64,000 nucleotides of DNA from Octopus sinensis (Eukaryota). The stretch lies in NCBI RefSeq assembly GCF_006345805.1, contig NC_043016.1, forward strand, positions 28,086,001 to 28,150,000, written 5' to 3'. Below are positions 49,405 through 62,140 of this stretch, piece by piece; position 1 is the first letter of the stretch, and each line of letters begins with the position of its first letter. Position numbers and translations under genes: made by a program. The notes beneath the pieces were generated by a model. That model did no database searches, was not told the origin of the DNA, and saw only the letters and a list, made by a program, of their open reading frames with translations.

Positions 49405-52399
49405 TTATTTATTTATTTATTATGTGTGTGTCTGTGTTTGTCTTCCGTCACCATCACTTGACAACTGATGATGGCATGCTTATGTCCCCGTAACTTAGCA
49501 GTTCAGCAAAAGAGACTGACAGAAGAAGTACTAGGATTCCAAAGAATAAGTCCTGGGGTTGATTTCTCTGACTACAACCCTTTAAGGTGGTGTTCGAAGC
49601 ATGGTTGTAGTGAAATGACCAAAACGTGTAAAAGAATAAACTTTTCTTATTTTCAGATACGTACTTGCCTGGAAAGCTGATTTGATTTGAGACCATATAT
49701 TAACCTTCCAAAAATAGGTGGGATGTGACTATGGGCTTAGGGATGGAGCTCAGGTGTCCAAGTAGGAAGAAAAGGAGGTGGAAATGCAGAGGTAGACTTG
49801 ACAAAATCATTGGGTAAGGAACCCAGTTGTATTCATACACTGATGTACCATATAGTGTTCAAATTACCCTGCCATATATAAAGCTTTATCCATATTTTTT
49901 GAATAAATTATGCATTATCTCATAGCTTTTAGATTTGGATGATGTTATTGTCTATTTCTTAGAATGACATTGTATGGTAGGTATGAGAGGTTAGATCAGG
50001 CCAGTTTGAACATAAAACAGGAAGCATATTTTGGATGGATATGGCCAGTTTAAATAGCAGAGTAGTTATATTTCCTGAAACATGAATCATTCTTTCAAGA
50101 GTCTTCTCAATTTAGCTTTATGGGACTTAGCGGCAATGACAGGGTGTGTGTAACTTATAAACTGCCCTCAATTGGTAGTTTGGATTATGGATCAATAACA
50201 TGACAATCCTTTGGATCACCATTGGACAAAGTGTAGCATCAATAAAAAGTGTCCTGATCAGCATTGTTTTATATCTCAATGGAAGACATGGAATGGCAAA
50301 ATAAACAGAAGACACATGCTTTTACTACACACCAAAGCTGCACTGCCATTGTATTGCCATAAGACTACTGAAGAAATTCCCCTGTGGCTATTGACACTGT
50401 AGTAAAATGAATTAAACACACATAAGGACATACTGAGTGAACTGGAGAAAGAGGAAGAGAAGTGAGGGGGGGGGAAGAGGGACAAATTTCAAAGAAACCA
50501 AGATGGTTGCATGGATTTGAACATACTTAGCACTAACATAATATTAAAAGAAAAATTACTTTTGCATGAATGTCTGATGGACATTAGTGAGGGTTTGTAC
50601 ATTGTGGTGTATAGTAATACATTTACAGCTAATTCAGCAATAAATACTGTTCACCAATAAATAAATAAATAAATAAATAAAAATATGGAAGGAGGGGGGT
50701 AGTAATTAATATAGAAACATTTAGTAGTGAAATAATAAGAAATAACATTGACTTTGGGATTAAGAGAGAAAATGCTGAGATTGGAAGGAAGTAATGTTCA
50801 GCTTTGGTGTCAAGGAAAAGGCAAGTCACTCACCACACAGACATACTTGTTAACTGTGGATTATTTTTATTGTTACAAAAAGAGAACGCAATAATGTATG
50901 TGTGTGTGTGTCTGTGTGTATGAGAGAGAGAGAGAGAGAGAGAGAGAGCAATGAAGTGTGTGAAAGAGAGAGAGACAGACAGACAGAGATAGAGAAAGAC
51001 AAAGTGGATATGAAAGAAACAGAGAGATACATATAGAGGGAAATAGAGATAAAAGAGAATAAAATCATGAAAGCAATATGTGAAGTGCTGACTGCTTATA
51101 GTATTTATTACATACATTGATACCACATTTCAAATATGACAAGTAGGTGTATATAGTTAATTACATAAACATTATACTACAGATATGACAGATGGGTTAT
51201 GCTGATGTTATCTTTTTACGTCCACACAGGTCCATTGTGCTCTACTGGTTGCCTTGGTATGGTTTCTATAGCTGGATGCCTTTCCTGTTGCCAACCACTT
51301 CACAGAATGTACTGAATAATGTTTCAAGGCACCGGCATGTAGCTCACAAGACTAAAATCTCCTTTGAGTGGAGTTACACTAGAGATGTTGAGAGATCATA
51401 TGCTAAAACATGAAAGGGGACAGAACAGGTTCCTTGCTGTAGGGGAATGTCATGACTACTTAAATAATGGAAGTGAGGGTGGGAATGGCAAGGGTGGAAC
51501 TAGAAAGAGAGATAAAGTAGGGGTGAGGAGGTGTCGGGGTAGACTCTTGTGGTATAAGGTGAATAAAAGTGAATGGGGACAGAACTGGAAGGATGAATGG
51601 GTAGTGGTTGCAAATATGTATGGAGAGAGTGTGGGATGGTGAGAGATAGGGAATGGATGAGGGGGTGAATATAATAAATGATGAACAAGGGTTATGACAA
51701 TTATGAGTTGAAAGAAAGATAGGGGAGAGTGAGTGATGACTGTAGAAATTGGGTAGTATTGAAGGGTGGATGTAGTGAATGGTGGGCAAGAGCAAAAGAA
51801 TGATCAATGATACATGAGACGGAGAGGAAAAATAAAGGAGGTTAGGTGATGACTGATGGCATGGAAAGAGGTGAAGTGCAACACAATACTATAATAAATT
51901 AGATGAGAAGAACGAATGAGAGAAAGGGAGATGACATGTGGATAAGTAGGTTGCAAGAGGGTAAAGGGAGAGGCAAACATAGTACACGGGAGAGAGACAG
52001 TGAAAGATGTATGGTGAATGAGGAGGAGAGATAATTTGGTAACACAGAAGTGTGATCCATGTAAAAGTGAGTGGAGAGGAACAATGTGAAGAATGAAGGA
52101 TGTAATATGCAATTTTGCTCTGAATTACAGCAGCTGAATACTGCAGTTTAGGCAGGTGATGGAAGGACCAATGACAGAGAGATGGTGGATCATGGGGAAG
52201 GTTTTAGAACGAATTTGGGCAAGAGGCCCAGGAATGTATATGTGTATTTACACAAACACTTGCTTCCAGAATCTCAGTTTTTCCAAGATGTTAACAGAAA
52301 CTATCCACTACCTAAAAGAATCTTTCTGCAGATTTGAGGAAATCTATTTCCTGTGTTCTTAGCATTTATTGCATTTGAGCAAATGCTATAAATAAAGTC

Positions 52400-52880
52400 T
52401 ACTTTCTCTGTTAATTTTCAGCTGTGATTTCACTGCACCTTTTGTGAGTTCATAGCTATGGAATTTATACCTATACCTTTGCATATTGAACAGGGCCATT
52501 GTTCTGAAAGGATTAGTTGTTTATGTTTTCCAGTTTACTAGAAGTCTGGTCTTCACAAAAGCAAGTTTGCTCTTTAAGGCCCTTTGATTTCAGGTTTTGC
52601 TGCCAAACCTGAAATTTCTTTTCTAATTCTACTACAAACTAGGGAACAAGAATGAGGTCATTCAGTATATACTAGTTCCCAAGAGCAACTTGTCTTAGAT
52701 TCCTTGTTATAACTTGGAAAACTGTGATGAGTGGGAGGGGACTAAGAACCAAACCCTGTTGAACTTTTACCTGCACATTAAACCTATCATTGTAATCCTT
52801 GTTAACTCTCACCTTACTGACAGCACCCCTGTACATGGCTTGGACGGCTCTAACAAACCATTTATCTACCACTAGCTGTC
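52400..52880 (-). mobile_element. RTE-clade LINE remnant (RT core)
   Basis: ORF 52672..52911 WFVRAVQAMYRGAVSKVRVN...FNVQVKVQQGLVLSPL matches the GVxQGxxLSP motif of RT. Confidence 0.85.
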
Positions 52881-53702
52881 TCACAAATGACAAGTAGGTG
52901 TATAGAGACAATTACATCAACACAATGTCACAAATATATTACTTAACTAGGAATTACAATCATCTAATTATACTTTTAAGATATAAAGTCATACATTGTT
53001 TTTTTTTTAATATTTAAAAAGCTATATAAAAGACCAAACCTGAGAAGAAGAACATAAGAAGTTTGGAATCAAAACTTTCATGTGATTGCTCAACTAGCTC
53101 AAACAGCTGCCAAATTCTCTTAAATCATAAAAAAAAATAGGCAGGAAACATCAATCTATGTAGTGTCAGATATACAAAAATATTGGAATGGCAAAAGAAA
53201 TAGTAGAGACAGAGCTGGATCCCCTTTGATCATAGATCAATATTAATGTGGACACACACATAAGGCATGGATATTATTATCACCTGCTTACTGTGTAATT
53301 TTAATGGCGTTAACTGTCAATAACATTCAGACCACACCAGTTTTTTTTCTGCATATATTCTGTTTAGGTACAGAGAGAGAGAGAGAGAGAGAGAGTAAGT
53401 GTGCATGTGTGTTGTCTGTGTCAAGGCGGAGGGTTCCACCAGAGAGGAGAGGCAGTCATGCTTATATTTCAACATTTATATCAGTTGCTGAATAGAGCAC
53501 AATTTTAACAAAAGAGGTCAGATTTGGTTGTTGTTGCAGCAAGGCACAATTAAAAAAGAAATGTTGGTGGATAAGTGACAATGGAAAGACATGAAAAAAT
53601 TTCAAAATGAAAATAAATGTTGCAGGAGCAAGTTCAGCCATCAAATTTGTGACTCATATGGCATGGTAATTAACCACAGAATAGGCACTTCTTAAAGACC
53701 TT

Positions 53703-54282
53703 TCTACACAGTTCAGTATGGTGTACACCTGTTGAATAGATATATACCTATACACATAGAATAGTATGCTAATAATGATGAGTGCATGTCTGTATCTGTT
53801 GAAAAGAAACACTTGTTTACACAACAGAGTACGGTATATACCTGTTGAACAGACACACCCATCTACACAGCATGATGTATACCAGTTGAATAGACATACA
53901 CCCATCTACATGACATAGCATGATGTATGCCTGTTCAACTGACATACCCCTATTACATCTATCTACACAATACAATATGGTGTATAGCTGTTGAATAGAC
54001 ATACATCTATCTATGCAGCACAGCAAGGTGTATACCTGGTGAACAGACATACACTAATCTACACAACATCCTGCATACGTACTGAGAGACAAACACCCAT
54101 CTACACAACACAGCATGATGTATGTCTATCAATAGACATACACCTATTTGTAGAGTATAGTGTATACCAGTTGAATAGATGTACACCTGTCTACAATGCA
54201 GGTATATACATGTTTAATAGACATAAACTTATCAACACAGCATGATGTATATCTGCTGAACAGATACACACCTACCTACACA
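53703..54282 (+). repeat. Degenerate ~45-48-bp minisatellite, about 12 copies
   Basis: Approximate consensus acacaacacagcatgatgtatacctgttgaatagacatacacccatct. Confidence 0.85.
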
Positions 54283-55043
54283 TGAACTACTAGAAAGCTG
54301 AGGAATGCTAAGTGATGAATGTTTAATTAGTTGTTAGTGAATGGTTTGAATGTTCAGCATAGACAAAATTTCTTAAAAACTAACAACTTAATAAGAAAGA
54401 AAAGATTCAGTTGACCATTTGATACCTTGAAATCCTAGAAATTCCAAATAGACTATAGAATTTTTCAGTGGCATTGCAATTAAAATGTATATCAGAAAAG
54501 AGAAGAAAAAAAATAAAGCAATATCTTTAACAGATGGTGACACATTTTTTCCTATTCATCAATGAATCTTCATTCAACCTTTAGTGGTAAATAAGATTAA
54601 TTAAATCTACTAAAAGATGATTCATTAAACAAACAATTAAATAAACCCTGAAGTAAAATCCCCAGCTATTCTTAATCTCTGATTCAATTTATTGTTGTTG
54701 GATAAAAAATATAAACAAAAATATACACTGGACATCTGGGCCTATGATGACGAATAATTATTGTCTACAAGCACCAGTGTCCTCAATTTACTACTATAAG
54801 AAACAAGGACTTGGGTATTTGAAATAAGCATTCTTTCTTTTCAGTACTGTTCTTTTATCACCTTTTATTTGTTTCTGTCAATGTACTGTGTCCATGCTAG
54901 GGCAAACAAACTCCAGTATTTATTTTTCCATGTCTTGTACTTACTTTATCAGTCTCTTGGGCCGAACTGCTCAGTTACAGAGACACAAACAAACCAATGC
55001 CAGTTGTCAAGTGGTGGTCACACACACACAACATATATATATA

Positions 55044-57107
55044 CTAGCAGAGACACCTGGTGTTGCCCAGGATTAAAGGATTACAATGGCATAGTTTGTA
55101 TATAATATATTACAGTTATGTTGAAACAGGTGATATGGGAAAGTGCAGCATTGACAACAAAACATTTGTGGAGTAAATGATGGGCTAATTTGACTAAGCA
55201 ACAAGCTATGCATCTGTTTGGAGTATTTCAGGCCCTAATCTGTAAGGGTTATGTGATTTTTTTAATGCACCAAAAAGCTGTCAGTGGATATACTCTCTTT
55301 TGCAGCAGTCAGTGCTGTGTCTAACAAATCCGTCATCTGAAATGTTGACACTTCTTTGGGTTTGTTGTCCTTCATCACTCATAAAGTAAATTTGGAGGAA
55401 CTGTGGTTGTTCATTTGTGGGTAACAGGGAACCAATGAGGTGATAGACTTGCCCTTAAACTTTGAACATTGGCATAAATTCATGTTTATCTATCTTCTTA
55501 GATGCAACAAACGGTGTCATTTGCAGAGTTGTATTGTCTGATATTGTTCAGAAAATCCTTTGACTGGATGGAAATGCCTTCAAGAAGATCCATAAGAGGC
55601 TGAGAAGAAGCCGGTAGTGCTGACAATGTTACCTGACCACCTGAGCAGCACATACCATTTGTTTCATTTGAAAATTTTACAGCTCTACAGAAAAGACAAT
55701 TTGTGTTTAGCACAACAATTCAGACAGAGTTATTATTTTTATAAGAATGGGATAGATCATATCCGAAAACAGCTTCAGGAGTTGTGAAGAACAAATTTGT
55801 ACGTAGCCTGTTTCAGAGAGGTATTCTATTGGACCTCTGTCTAATCATTGATTTAATGATCCAGCATTAAGTGCTGCAACATGCATTTGCTGATCTTGAG
55901 AAAATCTCATCTAGCTTCTCTCTTCAGACTCTCACCTTCAGTTTTCTACAATCCTCCTTGCTTTATACTTGTTTCTGGAGAGATTACATCTTTTCTTTGG
56001 TGGCATATTTTCCCCAATATTGTAAACAAAAAATTATGAACATAGAAAGAAATTGTACAATAATCCCTATTTTTGTAAGCAGTTGTATCTGTAAAAATTT
56101 CATTTGAAGAGAGCAGAAATTGGAAGAAGAGAAAGCAAAAAGAACAGAGAAAGAAAGTGAAAGACGTATGTACGTCTATATGAAATGGATGTGTGTGTAT
56201 GTGTGCATGCATGCATGCTTCTGTGTGTGTATGTGAGGGAGAGTGAGTGAGTGAAGGTGTATGTCGTGATGATTGATGTCTTTTAAGGTACACACGCATA
56301 TAGAAAATGTGGCATCATATAAAATTTTTACAATAGTTGATTTATGGAAAAGATTATGTTAAATTTTGGAAATGCAAATATGTGAATGGAAATTAAGTTT
56401 AATTTGTTGTCAAAATAGTACTGAATCTTTCGATATCCCATATGTCAAAATCTGTAACTCAGTTTTTGGAAAGCATAAGGAACATATAATATATAGAACA
56501 GTATCTCACATTACAATACAGACATAATACTGAAATAGTGTAAGAGATAACAGATTGCTCTGTGCTTGCATTAGGCAAGAAGTTGGAAACTTTTTTGACC
56601 CATGACACTGCATGGACTTTGCCTTTTGTACTTGATGTCTGTTGCTTTAAGTATTTTATTTATATTATATATATATATATATAATATACACATGTAGAGA
56701 GACCTCTACATGATAGCTAGACCTGGTAGAAATAGCAACCATTCTGCCTATTATGTAGTTTTATTGAGAAACTGTAACTAAAGATTAAGATTATTAACCC
56801 CACAGAGAGAGGAAAGAAGAGAGACAGCATAGTGACAGTCTTAGCTGACTGTCATCCTGTACTCCCCTTGTTGCTAGTGAAATGGTATGTGCCGACTATC
56901 TGAGTAACTGGTTGTTTTAATGGCAGAACAAACAGGACATAAAGATTACAAAAATAGCGATTCTCACTTTGAAAATCTTTTTAGATTACAGAATGCCATG
57001 CTCTCTCATGTATCCGTGTTTAAAATTTCAGTGCGATCGGATGAACCATACTTCAGTTATAAGTGCACAGACAGACAGACAGAAAGAATGGATTTTATAT
57101 ATTAAGA
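55044..57107 (-). mobile_element. Internally deleted Helitron with both termini and a decayed Rep/Hel N-terminal coding fragment
   Basis: Minus-strand 5' end a|TCTTAATATATAAAA...(CTGT)n; 3' end CCTGG-gcaaca-CCAGG hairpin, 8 nt, CTAG|t; A|T target with no TSD. Internal translation CLFCRAVKFSNETNGMCCSGGQVTL...SKDFLNNIRQYNSA and FMPMFKV*GQVYHLIGSLLP...PQFLQIYF matches the N-terminal region of Helitron Rep/Hel proteins. Confidence 0.9.
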
Positions 57108-60100
57108 TATATATCATCAAACTAATAGACTGGCTTGTTGTCCCCTTACCTGTCTGTCCTTTGTTTTCTGTACATCTGAACCATATATATATATATATAT
57201 ATAAATTAGTGTACATTTAAACACAGAAGAGGTGAGCCATAAAAGGTCACCTTACCTACTAGAAGGAACAGTCAAAAAGTCCAAACCACAGTTAAGAGCA
57301 ATTTCAAAGGGATGAAAAATAAAAACATTTACCATGTTTTACAGCTGGACCTTAGGTTTCAAACTTTAATTAGAAAATAAAATAATTTGCAAGGTTCAGG
57401 AAGCACAAAGTACACTACTGCACTACCTCTCTGTCTAATTTCCTCCTCACAACATCCCCACCACCCATCATCTCTCTAACTGTTCTGCTGCTGTAATTAA
57501 ATAGGAGCAGAACTGCATATATCACAAACTTTTCTCCCCAATAACAGTTTTCCTGCTCACTACCTGGAACCATTTCACTTGCTCCTTCTTTCATTCTTAA
57601 TATGTCCTTTCCACCCATATTATATACTGATAGGTTTGCTAAGCCCCAAAACTAACTCTCCTCCACAGCCATATATCTCTCCTTCTCTTATTTACTGTGT
57701 CTGCCCAACATACAGCCTATCCAAGTACATATCTCTGTATCTCTCCTACCTTCTCCCAACTCATATATTGTTAGCCACACACCCATTTCTACAGTTATCA
57801 CCTACTCTTACCCATCTCACTGTTTATCATCCCTCAACATTTGTTCTTCATTACATTCACCTCTCACTCATTTCCTCTCTCTAACCACATCTCACTCTCC
57901 CATATGCTTTTTATTAACACCTGTCCTCACCCACGGTTACTTACCCTGTCTTGAGGATTCACCCAGACACCTCATCACCACTACTTTTTATCTCTTCCTA
58001 GATCCACTCTGGCCAACCCCACCCTACCTTCTACAATTTGAGTAACCATGTAGTTCATCTACAGCATGAAATCTGTTCTCCTCTGGCCCTTTCTCTCTCA
58101 CTGGTCTTTCCCCCATTCCATAACATAAATCCAACTCCCTCTCACACATTCATATATACACACCACATACACATATATTTCAATATGATATATAATGATA
58201 TGTGTGTGTGTGTGTATTTATCCTCCTCCTCCTCTTTTAGTTTATCTCCCATGTCAGCATGGGTTGAATGGTTGGTTTGACAGGATCTGGTAGGTCATAG
58301 AGCAGTGCTTGAATGTCTGCAAGAGAATACTGAGATTCCACCATACACAAATTTTGGCCTTGGTGTTTTGTGCTGTACTTATATGCATCCAGCACATGCC
58401 AATTCAGCAAAATTTATGTGGCTGGATGCCCTCTTATATGGCTGGATGTCAACCACTTTACTGAAAATGGTACTTTTTTGTTGTTGTTGTGGAACCAGCA
58501 CTTGTGAGGTCACCATGTAACTTGCAAGAGAAAGATCTCCATTGACTGAATGGAGCTACAGTAGAGAAGGAGGCAGCTTTATGTTATATGAGGGGTTGGT
58601 CCTGAACAGAATGAGTTTCTTCCTGTAGAGGAGATACAGGGTTGCTTACATTCAACATGAGTGGGTGTGAGTAACTGGGGTGGAGCTGAAAAGAGAAAGA
58701 AAGATTTGGGGGACAAAGTGTCTGAGATAGGGCCCTGGAGGAAGAAGAATAGGAGAAATTGTTTGTAGAAGTTGCAAGGGTGTATAGAGAGAGCATGGGA
58801 TGGTAAGAGACAAGGACTAGTACAAATATACTGAAGATAAACAAGGGTTGAAATGGGGGGGAGTTAATGATAAATATGAGATGGTTAGTAGGGGGTGAGT
58901 AGATGATGACTAGAGATGGGGAGGAGTTGAAGGGTGAATGTAATGAATGGTGGAAGGATGTTACCTCTTACTCTCCCCATACACTATGTCTTTCCACTTA
59001 AACTTTTCCAACCTACTCACCCATATGTCACTCCATCTCTCTTTCACTCTTCTCTTGTCTATTACTATTTTGTTTCTCCTCTCCATTCTGTATCACCAGT
59101 CAGCACCTGCACATCCTAAACTCCTGCCCCATCCCCAAACAGACACAGACACACACACACACACACACACAAATACACACACTCAGGCATGTCAATTTTA
59201 TCTATTGTATATTAATGTCTACTGCACATGCTCAGTATTTACTCTTGGTATGCACCGGATATATATAAGCGCAGCACAAAACACCGAAGACAATTTTTTA
59301 TATAAGCGGATATATACACAGTCTAGATATGTTCCCAGCAGAACCAATATATGTGTGTATATATGTCACAAACTAAACATCCAACTATGAACAATACTAA
59401 ATATTCATTTAGACAGAACCTATTAAATTACAAGTGAGTACAATATGAAATAGCCACATGTTTATATCTCATCAAATACAACAGCAGCAGGAGTAGTAGT
59501 AGTAGCAGTGGTGGTGGTAGAAATAGTAGAAGTAGCAGCAACAGCAACACCAGTTGTAGCATTATATTAAAATTATATTGACTTATTACACAATATTTAT
59601 CTATTCAGGAAGAGATGCTTATTGTTATTTCATCATTGTATTTTCTCTTTTTGTTTCCACCATATTTTACTTGATTTTGTAAATTGAACAGATCAACAAC
59701 AAACATTCCAAGACCATTTTCCTTGCTCCAGCAGTGGTTGTTAACCGTACAGGCCCCCATGCCACCTGTGTTCTTCATTTTGCCCCGTCTTCAACATCCT
59801 TCCCAAGACAGGAACAACAAATTCAGTTCAAATTACATTTTCATTAATTTTTCTCAAACTATAATTAACTGCCCCCCCCCACCAAATTTTTTCTTCACAA
59901 AGTAGGATAGAAGCAGTAAATGAATTTTAAAATATTAAAATGTAAATAACTACTGCCTAATCCTTTTAATTGTTCTACAATGAAGAAGGAAGAACAATAC
60001 AAAAATAATGTTAGTTATAATTGAAATATTGCAATCAGTAAAGCACCAGCTTCAGCAGTCAATCCTCAGAACAGAAGAGATTGATAAAAAAAACAACCAA

Positions 60101-60719
60101 ATTTGCTTTCAATTCAGTTTTTGCACCTTTCTTCACCTATGGTCATAAATGTTGGATAATGACCAAAAGAGTATGATCACAAAGTGGATCAAATAGGGGT
60201 CCTCTGAAGGACCACTGGAGTGATGTTATTTGATAAAGTAACATTGATCAGGGAGTCTCTTCAGGTCAAGCCAATGTTTCTCTGCAACAAGACGACAGAG
60301 CTTTGGTACCAGACAGGATTAGATTGTCACAGGAAAGAATTACAAAATGGATTCTTCAAGCTGAGCCAAATGGCAGGAGATTCAAGCCCATCGTATATAT
60401 ATATGTATGTATTTGTGTCTGTGTTTGTCCACCCCACCATCATTTGACAACCGATGTTGGTTTGTTTACATCCCCATCACTTAACCATTCGGCAAAAGGA
60501 GTCTGATAAAATAAGTACTAGGCTTGCAAAGAATAAGTCCTGAGGTCGATTTGTTCAACTAAAGGTGGTGCTTCAGCATGGCCACAGTCAAATGACTGAA
60601 ACAAGTAAAAGAATCTAATTAAAGTGGAAAAATTACCAGAAAAGCCAGGTAGGGAAGAGGATACACACAAAACATTTTAACAATATCTAACAAAGCTGGA
60701 CAAATAAGAATGCATGTCA

Positions 60720-61405
60720 CTAGCTTTGTTGAGGCAAGTGAAATCAAAATTAAATTCGATGACTGGCATCCATGCTAGTGGAGCGCTAAGAGCACTATCC
60801 GAGCATGATCGTTACCAGAGCGGCTAACTGGCTTCCATGCCGGTGGCACGTAAAAAGCACCATTCAAGCGTGATCATTACGAGCGTCGTCCTACTGGCAC
60901 TTGTGCCAGTGGCACGTGAAAAAGCATTCGAGCAAGGTCGTTGCCAGTGCTGCTGGACTGGCTCCTGTGCAGGTGGCACATAAAAAACACCATCTGAGCA
61001 TGGCTATTGCCAGTACCACCAGACTGGCCCTTGTGCCAGTGGCATGTAAAAGCACCCACTACACTCTCAGAGTGGTTGGTGTTAGGAAGGACATCCAGCT
61101 GTAGAAACTCTGCCAGATGAAGATTGGAGCCTGGTGCAGCCATCTGGTTCGCCAGTCCTCAGTCAAATCATCCAACCCATGCTAGCATGGAAAGCAGATG
61201 TTAAACGATGATGATGATGACCCCAACTCACTATTATTTTCATTACAATAACTATAAAAATTGTAAGCGTTAGGAAGGGCATCCAGCTGTAGAAACACTG
61301 CCAAATCAGACTAGAGCCTGGTGCAGCCTCCATGGCTTACCAGACCCTAGTCGAACAGTCCAACCCATGCTAGCATGGAAAACGAACGTTAAATGATGAT
61401 GATGG
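60720..61405 (+). mobile_element. Same RTE-type retroposon 3' region (60720-61220) plus a second short tail copy (61268-61405)
   Basis: Colinear with 11550-12083; (GAT)n tails. Confidence 0.8.
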
Positions 61406-61691
61406 ACTATAAAAATTGCTATATATAAAAAAAAGTATCACACATCTTTTCATGAACCTCTTGGTTTAATGGAAACTTGGACAATAAGACGCTAATTTAT
61501 GGAAAGTGACTTCACTTGACATAAATAGGATTAAATGTATTAATCTAAAGAAAAGTAAAAACACAGCCTTTATGACATTGGTGATACAATCTCATTGCCT
61601 AAAAGGAAAAGTCATTTTTTGCTGAGAGGGCCAAATCACAGCTGAATGGACTGTCATTGATACTTAATTCAAAGACATAATAAAGAATGGT

Positions 61692-62140
61692 ACTATGGTA
61701 TCTACTTACAGCTAGGTAGACTGGACTGTTGACAAGTTAAATGTGTGGTCAAGGACACAGTACAATAAACTATACCACACTGTGGTACCTACTTACATCT
61801 TGAAACACTTGACTGTTGACAATTAAGTCCACTTAGCTGTAAGTATCACAGTGTATCATGTGTTGGTCAAGGACAGAGCACAGTGAACTATACCATACTG
61901 TGGTACCTACTTACAGCTTGATACACTGGACTGTTGACAATTAAGTATGTTGGTCATGGACAGAGTACACTGTGGTATTTACAGCTAAGTAGACTGGACT
62001 GTTGACAGTTAAGTGTGTTGGTCATGGGCAGAGTACAGTAAACTATACCGCACTGTGGTACCTACTTACAGCTAGGTAGATTGGACTGTTGACAGTTAAG
62101 TGTGTTGGTCATGGACAGAGTACAATAAACTATACCACAA
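61692..62140 (+). repeat. ~85-bp minisatellite, about 5 copies
   Basis: Approximate consensus tggtacctacttacagctaggtagactggactgttgacagttaagtgtgttggtcatggacagagtacagtaaactataccacactg. Confidence 0.9.
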
